A stretch of DNA of 32,000 nt from positions 531,813 to 563,812 of the forward strand of contig CAKTSY010000001.1 in NCBI GenBank assembly GCA_934613415.1. Reading direction: 5' to 3'. The position numbers and the translations under genes were made by a program. Positions within the stretch are counted from its first letter, which is position 1. The number at the start of each line of letters is the position of its first letter. Under the pieces are notes generated by a model. It saw only the letters and a program-made list of their open reading frames with translations, was not told where the DNA came from and searched no databases. Shown piece after piece: positions 1 through 8,789 of this stretch. The DNA comes from an uncultured Opitutales bacterium. GTDB taxonomy: Bacteria > Verrucomicrobiota > Verrucomicrobiia > Opitutales > Intestinicryptomonadaceae.

Positions 1-47
1 GCCAACGTTAGATAAAAATTTTTCTACTATATTTAACTTACATAACA

Positions 48-2861
48 ATGAAACTATCATACCTAAAAACAATATTCGTTGCGGCGGCTGTATCGGCAAT
101 GTCGGTAAACGCTGGCGCAGAAGACATGCATTGGCGCTACAAGTATGGGTCTACTGACGACAACGGCGCAAACGGCGGAAACTGGAGAGACTCGGCGGGC
201 AACCTTCTTAATCGCGCCCCCACTAGCGAAGACAACGTTATATTCGATTCTTACGATCCCGTAAGCGGAGACGGCGGCACGCAAGTTTCGAACCGCATGC
301 ACACGCAAGCTTTTGAATTTAACGTGGCAAATATTTTGTTCGACTTCGACTCAACAAAGGGTTCGCCCAGTAACGACATATTTCTGGTTACGGCGGTACG
401 CAACACAGGCAACAACTTCACCGTAACAGGTGGCGTTACAGTTAAAGGCGACAAAGACATTGTTTTTGTCCCCGAAAGAGCAGACGAACCCGCCAACCAT
501 GGTTGGAAATCCATAGATTTGGGCTATATTAGCGTAGAAAATTCCCGCGCGCTTAGGTTCGAAAACTGCTGCGCGAACATAAAGCTAAATGCCGTTTACA
601 ACGAAAGCAAAGGCCAATGGGAAAGCATTGGCGACCTGTTTACCAACGACATTGCCGAGGGTTCTACCATTGTATTTCAGGGCAAAGGGTTTGAAAGCTC
701 AGGGCAAAAGGTTAAAGCCGCAATGGGTTCTACAAACAACTACGGCACAATAAACATTTGGGCAAACACCGAATTTATCGGAGCTGGCGACAACTTCAAC
801 AACTACGGCAAAATAATTGTTGTTCAAAATAGTCAATATGCCGGCAACCAAGCGCTTTCGGGTGTTATAAACAACAAAGCGGGCGGCACAATCTCCATAG
901 ACAACAATACGAGCGACAACATCATTAACGCCGTCATCAACAACGAAGGCACTATAGACTCGAATGCATACGCGAGCAAAATGGTGTTCACAAACGGTTC
1001 AAAAATAAACAACATTGGCGGCTATATCAACCTGAACGCAGCTGGCATAGACTTCCAGGAAGGTTCTTCGCTATATTCTAAAACCTCAAGCAGAGTTGTA
1101 TTTAACGCAAAAACAAACGCAGCGCACTTCTCTACTTTCGAAGTATACGGCTCGGGCGAAAAGAACACTACAATAGACAAAGACGCACGCTATGTAGACA
1201 TCTACGGTACAAACGTTTCGTTCGACAATCTCACAATAGGCGGCGGTTTTTCGCGCTATTCGAAAGATGTTGAAACGCCGACCGCAAAGGCTGTAGACCA
1301 CATGTTCTACGTTTCCGACGCGGGCGCGTTTTCCGCAAAGAATATAACGATATTGACCAACCTTGTTTCGTCCGAAAACGAGGCAAACGGCATTACCGAA
1401 AACTACTCCCAAATTAGAAGCAACGGCGGGCCCGCTACAATAGAAAACCTAACCTTTATGGGCGGCGAAAGCGCAGATGCCAAGACATACCGCGTTGCCG
1501 AATTCCGCATAAACACAGGCAAAAAAGACTACGGCGACGGCTACGCCCTTACCATAGACAAAATAAATGTTTTAGGCTATGCAAAACAGTCGCACTTCCT
1601 TAGCACTTTTAGCACAGTAAGTGCGAAAATCGGAACTCTTAACATAGAGGACGGCATTTCGGTTTGCGACAACGGAATTGGCGACGAAGGATTTACCGGC
1701 ACAAACCTTTTGGTGGAAAAAGTTACGGGCAATGTACGCACGACAAATTCAAGCGAAGTTGCAGGCCACCAAGGCGTTACAGTAAACGACATTTCGCTTA
1801 CAAATGCAATGGACAGCGCAAGACAAATCTACTTTAACGTACGCGGCACAAAGAGCGTTGAAATCGACACTGTAAACGCGGTTGTAAGAAATTCGCTAGG
1901 CAATGGCGGCGATATTTACGCTTGGACAGAAGAAAACACAAAAACCGGCATTTCGGCGGGTGCAGTTCACATTAGGAATGTAAAGCTCGACACAAACTCT
2001 AGGTTGCACATAGGCTCGGTTGGCACAAGTGAATTGAACGGCTACACAGGCTATTCGCACCTAGACAACGTAGACTTGGGCAACGGCGGCATGCTTGAAT
2101 TTGCATTTAAAGACAGGGGCACAAGCGATGCCATTTTGCAAAAAACAGCAAATATTGGCAACCTTAACGGCTACGGTAAAATCGGCCTCGACGGCAATGC
2201 CGACTGGATTACATACACTGTAAACCTAAACGGCTCGGGCAAATACACCGGCGAAATAGCCGACTCGACCAACAAGGCGGCTCTTGTTATGAACATTGTG
2301 AAAAATGGCTCGGGCACGCAAATTCTAAGCGGCAACAACACCTATAAGGGAACGACAAACGTAAACGAAGGCACGTTGCTTATGAACAGAACCGACGGGA
2401 AAAGCACAATTTATGTGAGAAACGGCGCAACTTTCGGAGCGGCAGGCCAAGGCGTAAGTGCTTCGTACATCGTAAAAGACAGCGGCGGTTCGCTATTGTT
2501 CGACTTTTCAATGGGCGACGTATCGCTTAACCTTTTAGATGGATCGAGACTTAAGGGCGAAATTTTGTCGACAGACTTCATATTCAGCAACATTGCTGGA
2601 ATATTGAATAAGGACACTTTGCTCTTCTCGTTTGCCGACGAAGAAAGCATTACAAACGCTTCTTTAAGAGAAATTCTAAACAGCGGTTTAACCTACACAT
2701 ATATAGACAAAGCAACAGGGCAGCAATACACTGCAAAGTTCACCGAAGGCGATGCCGACGGCGGCATGTATGTAACATTCGAAGTTCCCGAACCCGCGAC
2801 ATGGGCGGCAATATTCGGCGCTTTGGCCTTGGCTTTGGCGATATACCGCCGCAGAAAGTAA
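48..2861 (+). CDS. Secreted PEP-CTERM-sorted repeat protein with autotransporter-associated beta-strand (PATR-type) repeat, probable beta-helical surface/adhesin-like protein
   Basis: 937-aa ORF. N-terminal signal peptide (MKLSYLKTIFVAAAVSAMSVNAGA/ED). Asn/Gly/Thr-rich repetitive body. PATR-like segment NGSGTQILSGNNTYKGTTNVNEGTLLMN. C-terminal PEP-CTERM signal VPEPATWAAIFGALALALAIYRRRK (PEP motif + TM helix + basic tail). A hairpin terminator follows. Confidence 0.85.
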   Translation: MKLSYLKTIFVAAAVSAMSVNAGAEDMHWRYKYGSTDDNGANGGNWRDSAGNLLNRAPTSEDNVIFDSYDPVSGDGGTQVSNRMHTQAFEFNVANILFDFDSTKGSPSNDIFLVTAVRNTGNNFTVTGGVTVKGDKDIVFVPERADEPANHGWKSIDLGYISVENSRALRFENCCANIKLNAVYNESKGQWESIGDLFTNDIAEGSTIVFQGKGFESSGQKVKAAMGSTNNYGTINIWANTEFIGAGDNFNNYGKIIVVQNSQYAGNQALSGVINNKAGGTISIDNNTSDNIINAVINNEGTIDSNAYASKMVFTNGSKINNIGGYINLNAAGIDFQEGSSLYSKTSSRVVFNAKTNAAHFSTFEVYGSGEKNTTIDKDARYVDIYGTNVSFDNLTIGGGFSRYSKDVETPTAKAVDHMFYVSDAGAFSAKNITILTNLVSSENEANGITENYSQIRSNGGPATIENLTFMGGESADAKTYRVAEFRINTGKKDYGDGYALTIDKINVLGYAKQSHFLSTFSTVSAKIGTLNIEDGISVCDNGIGDEGFTGTNLLVEKVTGNVRTTNSSEVAGHQGVTVNDISLTNAMDSARQIYFNVRGTKSVEIDTVNAVVRNSLGNGGDIYAWTEENTKTGISAGAVHIRNVKLDTNSRLHIGSVGTSELNGYTGYSHLDNVDLGNGGMLEFAFKDRGTSDAILQKTANIGNLNGYGKIGLDGNADWITYTVNLNGSGKYTGEIADSTNKAALVMNIVKNGSGTQILSGNNTYKGTTNVNEGTLLMNRTDGKSTIYVRNGATFGAAGQGVSASYIVKDSGGSLLFDFSMGDVSLNLLDGSRLKGEILSTDFIFSNIAGILNKDTLLFSFADEESITNASLREILNSGLTYTYIDKATGQQYTAKFTEGDADGGMYVTFEVPEPATWAAIFGALALALAIYRRRK

Positions 2862-2893
2862 GATTTAAAAAATATTATCATTCTTCTCCTTTC

Positions 2894-2920
2894 AACGCTC
2901 CCCTTTTGGGAGCGTTTTTT
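2894..2920 (+). terminator. Rho-independent terminator downstream of the PEP-CTERM gene
   Basis: Perfect 9-bp stem AACGCTCCC (2894-2902) / GGGAGCGTT (2908-2916) with 5-nt loop CTTTT, running into a T-tract (to 2920), 33 nt after the stop codon. Confidence 0.75.
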
Positions 2921-3400
2921 GTGTGCCCGCAAAATACTATTAAAACGCAAATAAAGGAGAAAAAATACGGCTTATTTTCGGCATAAAATCGGAGGGGGAA
3001 AGCCATTATTTACCGTGTTAATAGCGTTTGTTTGTATATAAATTGCGGGTGTTTTGCCGCATTTTTTACGGCATTTACCCGCAAAAAATGCGTTTTTTTT
3101 GGGCACAAAGCGGCGCTATTTTGCAGCATATTTTGTCAAAAAAAATATTCTTAAAAAAGCGTTTTTGGCAAAAAAGACCTTTGCAAGCTCTTCATTTTTT
3201 TTGCCCGACAAACGCAAATCTTGCGGGTTTTATCCAAAAAACATTATTTTGCATATATCGAATACACAGTAAGTTATATGTTTTTCGACTAAGCGCGTTT
3301 GCCCCGTTTTTTGCGTGCAACGCAAAAATTTTTATACGCGGCGCAACAAGATACCCTTTTTTTGTACCTTTTTCTACAAAAACCCAACCTTTGCCGCCGC

Positions 3401-3530
3401 TTTGGGGGCTTTTTGGAGCTTTGGTGGGGGCGTTTTTTTTGAAATTTAAAAATTTTGGGCAAAAAAACTAAATTTTTGCAAATTTTTGGCCGATTTTGGG
3501 ATAATACTGCTTGACAATGGAGGGTTTTGG
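3401..3530 (+). promoter_or_regulatory. Array of helically phased TTTGG(G) direct repeats; candidate MraZ operator / dcw promoter control region
   Basis: TTTGG starts at 3401, 3412, 3420, 3454, 3485, 3495 and 3526. Six of the seven fall within about 1 bp of a 10.5-bp phase (offsets 0, 11, 53, 84, 94, 125). The array lies directly upstream of mraZ and overlaps both candidate promoters. Confidence 0.35.
3476..3505 (+). promoter_or_regulatory. Candidate sigma-70-type promoter (distal) for mraZ/dcw operon
   Basis: TTGCAA (3476-3481), 18-bp spacer, GATAAT (3500-3505). Consensus-like by eye only; the promoter rules for this lineage are unknown. Confidence 0.25.
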
Positions 3531-3538
3531 GTAAGAAT
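3511..3538 (+). promoter_or_regulatory. Candidate sigma-70-type promoter (proximal) for mraZ/dcw operon
   Basis: Perfect -35 TTGACA (3511-3516), 16-bp spacer, AAGAAT (3533-3538). This would give a ~20-nt leader before the AAGGGAG RBS and ATG 3567. Confidence 0.3.
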
Positions 3539-3566
3539 GGAGGAAAATGGTAAATTAAGGGAGAAA

Positions 3567-4031
3567 ATGTCTTCGGAAACAAGAGAGAGAGCCTACTATT
3601 ACGCCGGCGAATACAAGCGTTCGCTGGACGATAAACGCAGGCTTATAGTGCCAGCAAAATGGCGTTTTTCCGGCGACGACAAAGACAACGCCTACCTTGC
3701 TTTGCCCAATCCAAACGGTTCGATAACGGTGTATCCGCCCAATATGCTTGAAAAGTTGGACGAAAAGATTTCGCAGGCGGGGCTTACAAACCCTGCGCGC
3801 CAGCGCGTTCTTTTAAAAATATTCCGCAACGGCGAAAGGTTTGGCTGCGACAAACAAGGCAGAATAAGCCTAACCGACAAGCTTATGTCTATGGCGGGAA
3901 TAGCCAAAGACGCAATTCTTGTTGGTGCCTACCAAACATTCCAGATTTGGGATCCCGAACGCTTCGACAAGTTCATAAACGAAGACGACGGCGAAGACCC
4001 GAACGAAGTTTGGGCAAATCTCGTTTTCTAA
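3567..4031 (+). CDS. mraZ: Transcriptional regulator MraZ
   Basis: Two SpoVT/AbrB-type MraZ half-domains with the DxxxR signature (DDKRRLIVPAKWRF and DKQGRISLTDKLMSMAGI). First gene of the dcw cluster. Start moved from the ORF-track 3486 to ATG 3567, which has RBS AAGGGAG 6 nt upstream and gives a typical 154 aa. Confidence 0.9.
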   Translation: MSSETRERAYYYAGEYKRSLDDKRRLIVPAKWRFSGDDKDNAYLALPNPNGSITVYPPNMLEKLDEKISQAGLTNPARQRVLLKIFRNGERFGCDKQGRISLTDKLMSMAGIAKDAILVGAYQTFQIWDPERFDKFINEDDGEDPNEVWANLVF

Positions 4032-4100
4032 TTACCGTGAAAATTTTACACACATTTAAAACCGCAACATTTAAAAGAGGTCGCACAAAATCGGCACTAT

Positions 4101-5045
4101 ATGAGCAATAACATAGCACAGCGCGTTAAGTCGGAGATTGCGGGGCACTATCCCGTAATGCTCGAAGAAGTGCTTGCAATTATTGCGCCGAAAGACGGCG
4201 AACGCTATTTAGACTGCACTTTCGGCGGCGGAAGCCACTCGAAGGCGATTTTGGAAAGCGCAAACTGCCGCCTAGACGCCCTCGACCGCGACCCAAATGC
4301 GCGCGCTATTGCGCAAAATTTCTCTCAAAAATACGGCGAACGTTTCGGGTTTTTTAACACAAATTTTTCGAACCTAAACGATACCGGCTTTTCGCAATAT
4401 GCTGGAATTATTATGGACTTGGGGGTTTCGTCGTTCCAGCTAGACAACGCCGAGCGCGGATTTTCGTTTATGCGCGACGGCCCAACCGATATGCGTATGA
4501 ACCCCGAATGCGGGCAAAGCGCGTTGGAGTTGCTAAACACGGTTTCGCAACGCGAGCTTGAAAGAATCCTTAAGGTATACGGCGAAGAACCGCGCTACCG
4601 CAAGGTTGCCAAGGCAATAATAGACGCGCGAAACACCGACGTTTTAAAACGCACAAAGTCGCTTGCCGAGCTTATTGCAAAAAACGCGGCTTTCGAAAAA
4701 GGCAAAAAAACGAATCCTGCAACGCGCTCTTTTCAGGCAATACGAATTGCCGTAAACGGCGAGCTAAGCGAAATAGAAAGCGCCCTACCCAAGGCGTTCG
4801 ACGCCTTAAAAAGCGGCGGAGTGCTGGCGGTTATAAGTTTCCATTCGCTTGAAGACAGGATTGTAAAACGCTTTTTCAAATCGCTGGCGGGAATGCCAAT
4901 AGACGCAAACGACAACACCTGCCAGCAAGACCGCGTAAAGAAAGCCGAGCTTTTAACGCGCAAGGCTATTGTAGCCTCAGACGTCGAAAATTTAGAAAAC
5001 CCACGCAGCCGAAGCGCAAAGCTTAGAGCCGTAAGAAAATTATAA
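4101..5045 (+). CDS. rsmH: 16S rRNA (cytosine1402-N4)-methyltransferase RsmH (MraW)
   Basis: HYPVMLEEV, SAM-binding DCTFGGGSHS, DLGVSSFQLD and ISFHSLEDRIVK motifs. Canonical position after mraZ. Confidence 0.95.
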   Translation: MSNNIAQRVKSEIAGHYPVMLEEVLAIIAPKDGERYLDCTFGGGSHSKAILESANCRLDALDRDPNARAIAQNFSQKYGERFGFFNTNFSNLNDTGFSQYAGIIMDLGVSSFQLDNAERGFSFMRDGPTDMRMNPECGQSALELLNTVSQRELERILKVYGEEPRYRKVAKAIIDARNTDVLKRTKSLAELIAKNAAFEKGKKTNPATRSFQAIRIAVNGELSEIESALPKAFDALKSGGVLAVISFHSLEDRIVKRFFKSLAGMPIDANDNTCQQDRVKKAELLTRKAIVASDVENLENPRSRSAKLRAVRKL

Positions 5046-5047
5046 AA

Positions 5048-5434
5048 ATGAAACAAGACCTAAAATATTTCTACATTCTTGTATCGCTGGTAGGCATCTG
5101 CATTTGCTCGATGTCGTTCGGCGCATTCTTTTTAAGCTTCGAAAGAAACCTTCAGGCCGACTTGGCCGACAGCATTAAAAGCCTTGAAAAGAAGGTAGAC
5201 AAGCTGCACATAGCCAATAGCGACTTAAAAGTAAAAATAGCCAACGAAGAAAACCCCCACATTTTAAAATTAAGAGCCGCCGCCAACCTCGAACCCATAT
5301 CCGACAAAATGGTTGTTTGGGCTTCGTACGATAATTTTGAAGGTGGCCGTGTAGAAGCGTCTACGCGCGAAAAACTGGTGCTAAGCTTTAGGGCGCCCGC
5401 AAAACTGGGAACATATAAAACCGCAAGCAAATGA
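5048..5434 (+). CDS. ftsL: FtsL-like cell division protein (bitopic membrane protein with coiled coil)
   Basis: 128 aa with a single N-terminal TM helix (YFYILVSLVGICICSMSFGAFFL) followed by a heptad-like coiled-coil segment (LADSIKSLEKKVDKLHIANSDLKVKIANEEN). Sits in the conserved slot between rsmH and ftsI. Its stop overlaps the ftsI start (ATGA). No strong sequence signature; the call is positional and architectural. Confidence 0.6.
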   Translation: MKQDLKYFYILVSLVGICICSMSFGAFFLSFERNLQADLADSIKSLEKKVDKLHIANSDLKVKIANEENPHILKLRAAANLEPISDKMVVWASYDNFEGGRVEASTREKLVLSFRAPAKLGTYKTASK

Positions 5435-7203
5435 ACCGTTCGTTTATAGACAAGTTTAGAATTACACTTCTTACCGTTTTTGTTGCGGCAGGCTTTTTGG
5501 GCGTTGGCGCAAACTTATGCAGGCTGCACATTTTCAAGCGCTCGTACTGCGTAAAGGCAATAGAGGAAACCCGCAACCGCACAATTAAAATAGACGCGCG
5601 CCGCGGCGATATTTTAGACTCGCGAGGGAACATTTTAGCGACAACAGCCCCCTACATAGAATTGGGCTGCGACCCCGTAAGCATAACCGAAAAAGACGAG
5701 CAAAAATTTGGCCAGCTTGCCGAAATTTTGGGAATAACAACCGCCCAAATAAAAGAGCTTTGCAAAAAAACAACCTACAAAACGCAAGACGGGGCAGTGC
5801 GTCAAAAAAGATGGCGCAAAATGGCCGACCAACTCGACGAAGGCACATACTCGCGCATTAAAGACCTGAACTTTAAGGGCATTTATGGAGTAAGAAAATA
5901 CAAGAGAATGTACCCTGCAGGGGCTCTTACTTCGCACATAATAGGCTTTATGAATGCGGAATCCGTTCCCGAATTCGGCGTAGAAAAAATGTCGGACTAC
6001 TACCTTAGGGGTCAAGACGGCTGGAAGGAAATTGAATTCGACGGCCGCCGCAGGGAAATGGCGCAGTTTAGGGGTCGCGAACAGGACGCCGTAGACGGAA
6101 TGAATGTTGAAACCAGCATAGACATTATTTTGCAGGAGGCAGCCCATCAGGAAATGCGCAAGATTGTTTCGAATTTCAATCCCGACGGAGCAAGCATAAT
6201 AATTAGCGACACTTCGGGCTTTATTTTGTCGATGGTAAACTACCCGAATTTCGACCCGAATTCCTACAACAAATTCCCGATGGCAAATTTGCGCAACCGC
6301 GCAATTTCCGACAGGCTAGAACCGGGCTCGACATTCAAAATAGTTCCCGTTTCGGCAGCTTTAAACGAAGCCTTTGTTAGCGCCGACGACGTTTTCGACT
6401 GCAAGAACTCGACTGCAACCTACAAGAACAGAATTTTAAGGCTCCCCAAAGACACCCACGTTTACGAAAAGCTTTCGGTGCGCGACATAATAAAGAAAAG
6501 CAGCAACCGCGGCTCGGCGCAAATTGGCATTTTAATTGGCGAAAACAAGCTTTACGAATACGCAAAAGAATTCGGCTACGGCGAAAAGACGGGCATTGGC
6601 TTGGCAGGCGAAGTTAGCGGCATTTTGCACAAGGTAAAAGACTGGGACGGCCTTACAATTACAAGGCTTCCGATGGGGCACGCAATAGACGCCACGCCCT
6701 TACAGATACACTGCGCAATGAGCGTTATTGCAAACGGCGGCTTGTATATGAAGCCCCAAGTTATAAAAAAGGTTACCTCGAAAAGCGACGGGGCAAGCAT
6801 TGTATTTTCGCCCAAGGCAATGCGAAGGGTTGTTTCGCCCAAAACCGCCGCCCTTATGAGCGATATGCTTGTTGGCGTTACCGAAAAAGGCGGAACTGCT
6901 ACAAGGGCGGCAGTAGAAGGCTTTAAAGTTGCAGGCAAAACCGGCACGGCGCAAAAGATTGTAAACGGCCGCTATGTGTCCACCCAGCACGTTGCGTCTT
7001 TTACGGGGTTTTTCCCCGCGCAAAGGCCAAGGCTTGTAATAACCGTAATTATAGACAACCCAAGGGGCAAACCCGGCAGCGGCTACGGCGGCGTTTCGGC
7101 GGCTCCCGCATTTAGCAGCTTGGCAAAAACCGCTGCAAGCTACCTTGGCATACAAAACGACGAAGAAGCCGCAAAAGGCGTCGCCTGGAAATTTTCGAAA
7201 TGA
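5431..7203 (+). CDS. ftsI: Peptidoglycan D,D-transpeptidase FtsI (class B PBP, PBP3)
   Basis: N-terminal TM anchor and PBP dimerisation region. Transpeptidase motifs SxxK (GSTFKIV), SxN (KKSSNRG) and KTG (AGKTGTAQK). dcw position. Confidence 0.9.
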   Translation: MNRSFIDKFRITLLTVFVAAGFLGVGANLCRLHIFKRSYCVKAIEETRNRTIKIDARRGDILDSRGNILATTAPYIELGCDPVSITEKDEQKFGQLAEILGITTAQIKELCKKTTYKTQDGAVRQKRWRKMADQLDEGTYSRIKDLNFKGIYGVRKYKRMYPAGALTSHIIGFMNAESVPEFGVEKMSDYYLRGQDGWKEIEFDGRRREMAQFRGREQDAVDGMNVETSIDIILQEAAHQEMRKIVSNFNPDGASIIISDTSGFILSMVNYPNFDPNSYNKFPMANLRNRAISDRLEPGSTFKIVPVSAALNEAFVSADDVFDCKNSTATYKNRILRLPKDTHVYEKLSVRDIIKKSSNRGSAQIGILIGENKLYEYAKEFGYGEKTGIGLAGEVSGILHKVKDWDGLTITRLPMGHAIDATPLQIHCAMSVIANGGLYMKPQVIKKVTSKSDGASIVFSPKAMRRVVSPKTAALMSDMLVGVTEKGGTATRAAVEGFKVAGKTGTAQKIVNGRYVSTQHVASFTGFFPAQRPRLVITVIIDNPRGKPGSGYGGVSAAPAFSSLAKTAASYLGIQNDEEAAKGVAWKFSK

Positions 7204-8768
7204 ACAATACTTTTTTAAATCTTGCAAACCTGATATGCCTTAGCGGCAAAAGACTTTCTTTTGCCGAACAAAAAGGCCCGTCTATTGTTTTCACAACAAG
7301 CGATTTGGCAAAAAGCGTAAAGGCTTTAAAAGTTACAAACGACAAATCGCTTCCCGTAAAGACCCTTTTGGCAGACTCCAGAAGAATAACCGAAGGTTCG
7401 GCTTTCTTTGCCGTTAAGGGCTTTAATTGCGACGGCAACCAGTTTGTAGGCGATGCAATACACAGAGGGGCTGTTGCAGTTGTTTCCGAAAACGAAGCGC
7501 CTAAAATTTGCCCCACCACTTGGATACAGGTGCAAAATATGGCGTTTGCCAAGGCTTGGGCTGCAAAGGCGTTTTACGAAAACCCCGACGAAAGCCTTAA
7601 AATTTTTGCTGTTACCGGCACCAACGGCAAGACAAGCGTAAGCTGGCTTATTAAGCATATGCTAGACCGCCTCGGGCAAAAATGCGGTATGGTTGGCACC
7701 ATTCAATACGACTTGGGCGGACGCTGCATTCCCGCAGGCAGAACAACGCCCGACTCGCTTGAACTTTACGCAATGCTCTACCAAATGAGGCACGCTTCGT
7801 GCAAGTCGCTTGCAATAGAAATAAGCTCGCACTCGCTGGAGCAGTCGCGCGTTAAGGGGCTTTCGGTAGACTGCGCATGCTTTACAAACCTAACCCAAGA
7901 CCATATCGACTACCACAAGACTATGGACGAATACTTTAAGTGCAAAGAACTGCTCTTTAAGGGTTCGGTTTGCAAAATGCCCAAAAGCGCGGCAATAAAT
8001 ATCGACGACGAAAAAGGCGCATATCTGGCTAAAAACCTCGACAAATCCATACGCCTTATCACCTTTGCAATAGACAACAAAGACGCCGTTATTCGCGCCG
8101 AAAATCTTAAGATGGACTCGCAAAGCGCAACTTTCGACTTGGTGTACCCCGAAGGCACAATAAAAAATTTGAAGATTTCAATGCCGGGGCACTACAATGT
8201 CTTGAATGTGCTTACGGCTTTGTCGGCGCTTTATTCACAAGATATTGACATCGTAAAAGCGGCCCAAACCCTTGCCGACTTTAGGGGGGTTCCCGGCAGA
8301 ATGGAGCGCGTAAAAAGCAATGCGCCATTCGACATTTTTATAGACTACGCCCACACCGACGACGCCCTTAAAAACGGGCTTTCAATGCTTAAAAGCGTTA
8401 CAAAGAAAAGGCTTTTGGTTGTGTTCGGCTGCGGTGGCAAACGCGACAGAACAAAGAGACCAAAAATGGTTGCAGCCGTTCAAAAATATGCGGACTTTGC
8501 GTGGGCAACCTCTGACAATCCGCGCGGCGAAGACATCTCGCAAATCTTTGCGGATATGAAAGCGGGAGTTGTAGACAATTCAACAATAGAGTTTGTTGAA
8601 AACCGCCGCCGAGCCATAAATATGGCAATTTCGCAGGCAAAGGAAGGCGACTGCATTCTTATTGCGGGCAAGGGTCACGAAACATTTCAGGAATTAAAAG
8701 ACACCATTATTCCCTTCGACGACAAAAAGGTTGCCGAAGAGCTGCTCGCCTTAAGGGAGTTGATATAA
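7200..8768 (+). CDS. murE: UDP-N-acetylmuramoyl-L-alanyl-D-glutamate--2,6-diaminopimelate ligase MurE
   Basis: Mur ligase P-loop VTGTNGKTSVSW. DNPR motif (TSDNPRGED), associated with meso-DAP specificity. GKGHE near the C-terminus. ATGA overlap with ftsI. Confidence 0.95.
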   Translation: MNNTFLNLANLICLSGKRLSFAEQKGPSIVFTTSDLAKSVKALKVTNDKSLPVKTLLADSRRITEGSAFFAVKGFNCDGNQFVGDAIHRGAVAVVSENEAPKICPTTWIQVQNMAFAKAWAAKAFYENPDESLKIFAVTGTNGKTSVSWLIKHMLDRLGQKCGMVGTIQYDLGGRCIPAGRTTPDSLELYAMLYQMRHASCKSLAIEISSHSLEQSRVKGLSVDCACFTNLTQDHIDYHKTMDEYFKCKELLFKGSVCKMPKSAAINIDDEKGAYLAKNLDKSIRLITFAIDNKDAVIRAENLKMDSQSATFDLVYPEGTIKNLKISMPGHYNVLNVLTALSALYSQDIDIVKAAQTLADFRGVPGRMERVKSNAPFDIFIDYAHTDDALKNGLSMLKSVTKKRLLVVFGCGGKRDRTKRPKMVAAVQKYADFAWATSDNPRGEDISQIFADMKAGVVDNSTIEFVENRRRAINMAISQAKEGDCILIAGKGHETFQELKDTIIPFDDKKVAEELLALRELI

Positions 8769-8789
8769 CTTTAAATACAAGGGTAAAAA

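Noticed and set aside
3486-3566. Upstream extension of the mraZ ORF (ORF-track start 3486, MADFGIILLDNGGFWVRMEENGKLREK...).
   Set aside because: The extension has no MraZ homology and overlaps the TTGACA / TTTGG promoter-operator region. ATG 3567 has a good RBS (AAGGGAG) and gives a canonical ~154-aa MraZ.
2921-3566. Possibility that the repeat-rich intergenic region is a CRISPR array, MITE/IS remnant or known structured RNA (tmRNA, SRP, RNase P, 6S, riboswitch).
   Set aside because: It has no regularly spaced identical repeats of 20 bp or more. It has no terminal inverted repeats flanked by target duplications. I recognise no conserved RNA-family core motifs. Only short 8-10 bp motifs and hairpins are present.
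3028-3582. ORF-track entries inside the long intergenic region: 3028-3471 (+, 147 aa, TTG start), 3054-3272 (+, 72 aa) and 3289-3582 (-, 97 aa).
   Set aside because: The translations are dominated by Phe/Lys/Arg runs that simply mirror the T- and A-homopolymer tracts. None has an RBS or a recognisable domain, and the minus-strand one overlaps the mraZ start and promoter candidates. A 147-codon open frame in AT-rich DNA is somewhat unexpected, so homology or ribosome-profiling data could revisit this. On sequence alone it is not a supportable gene.
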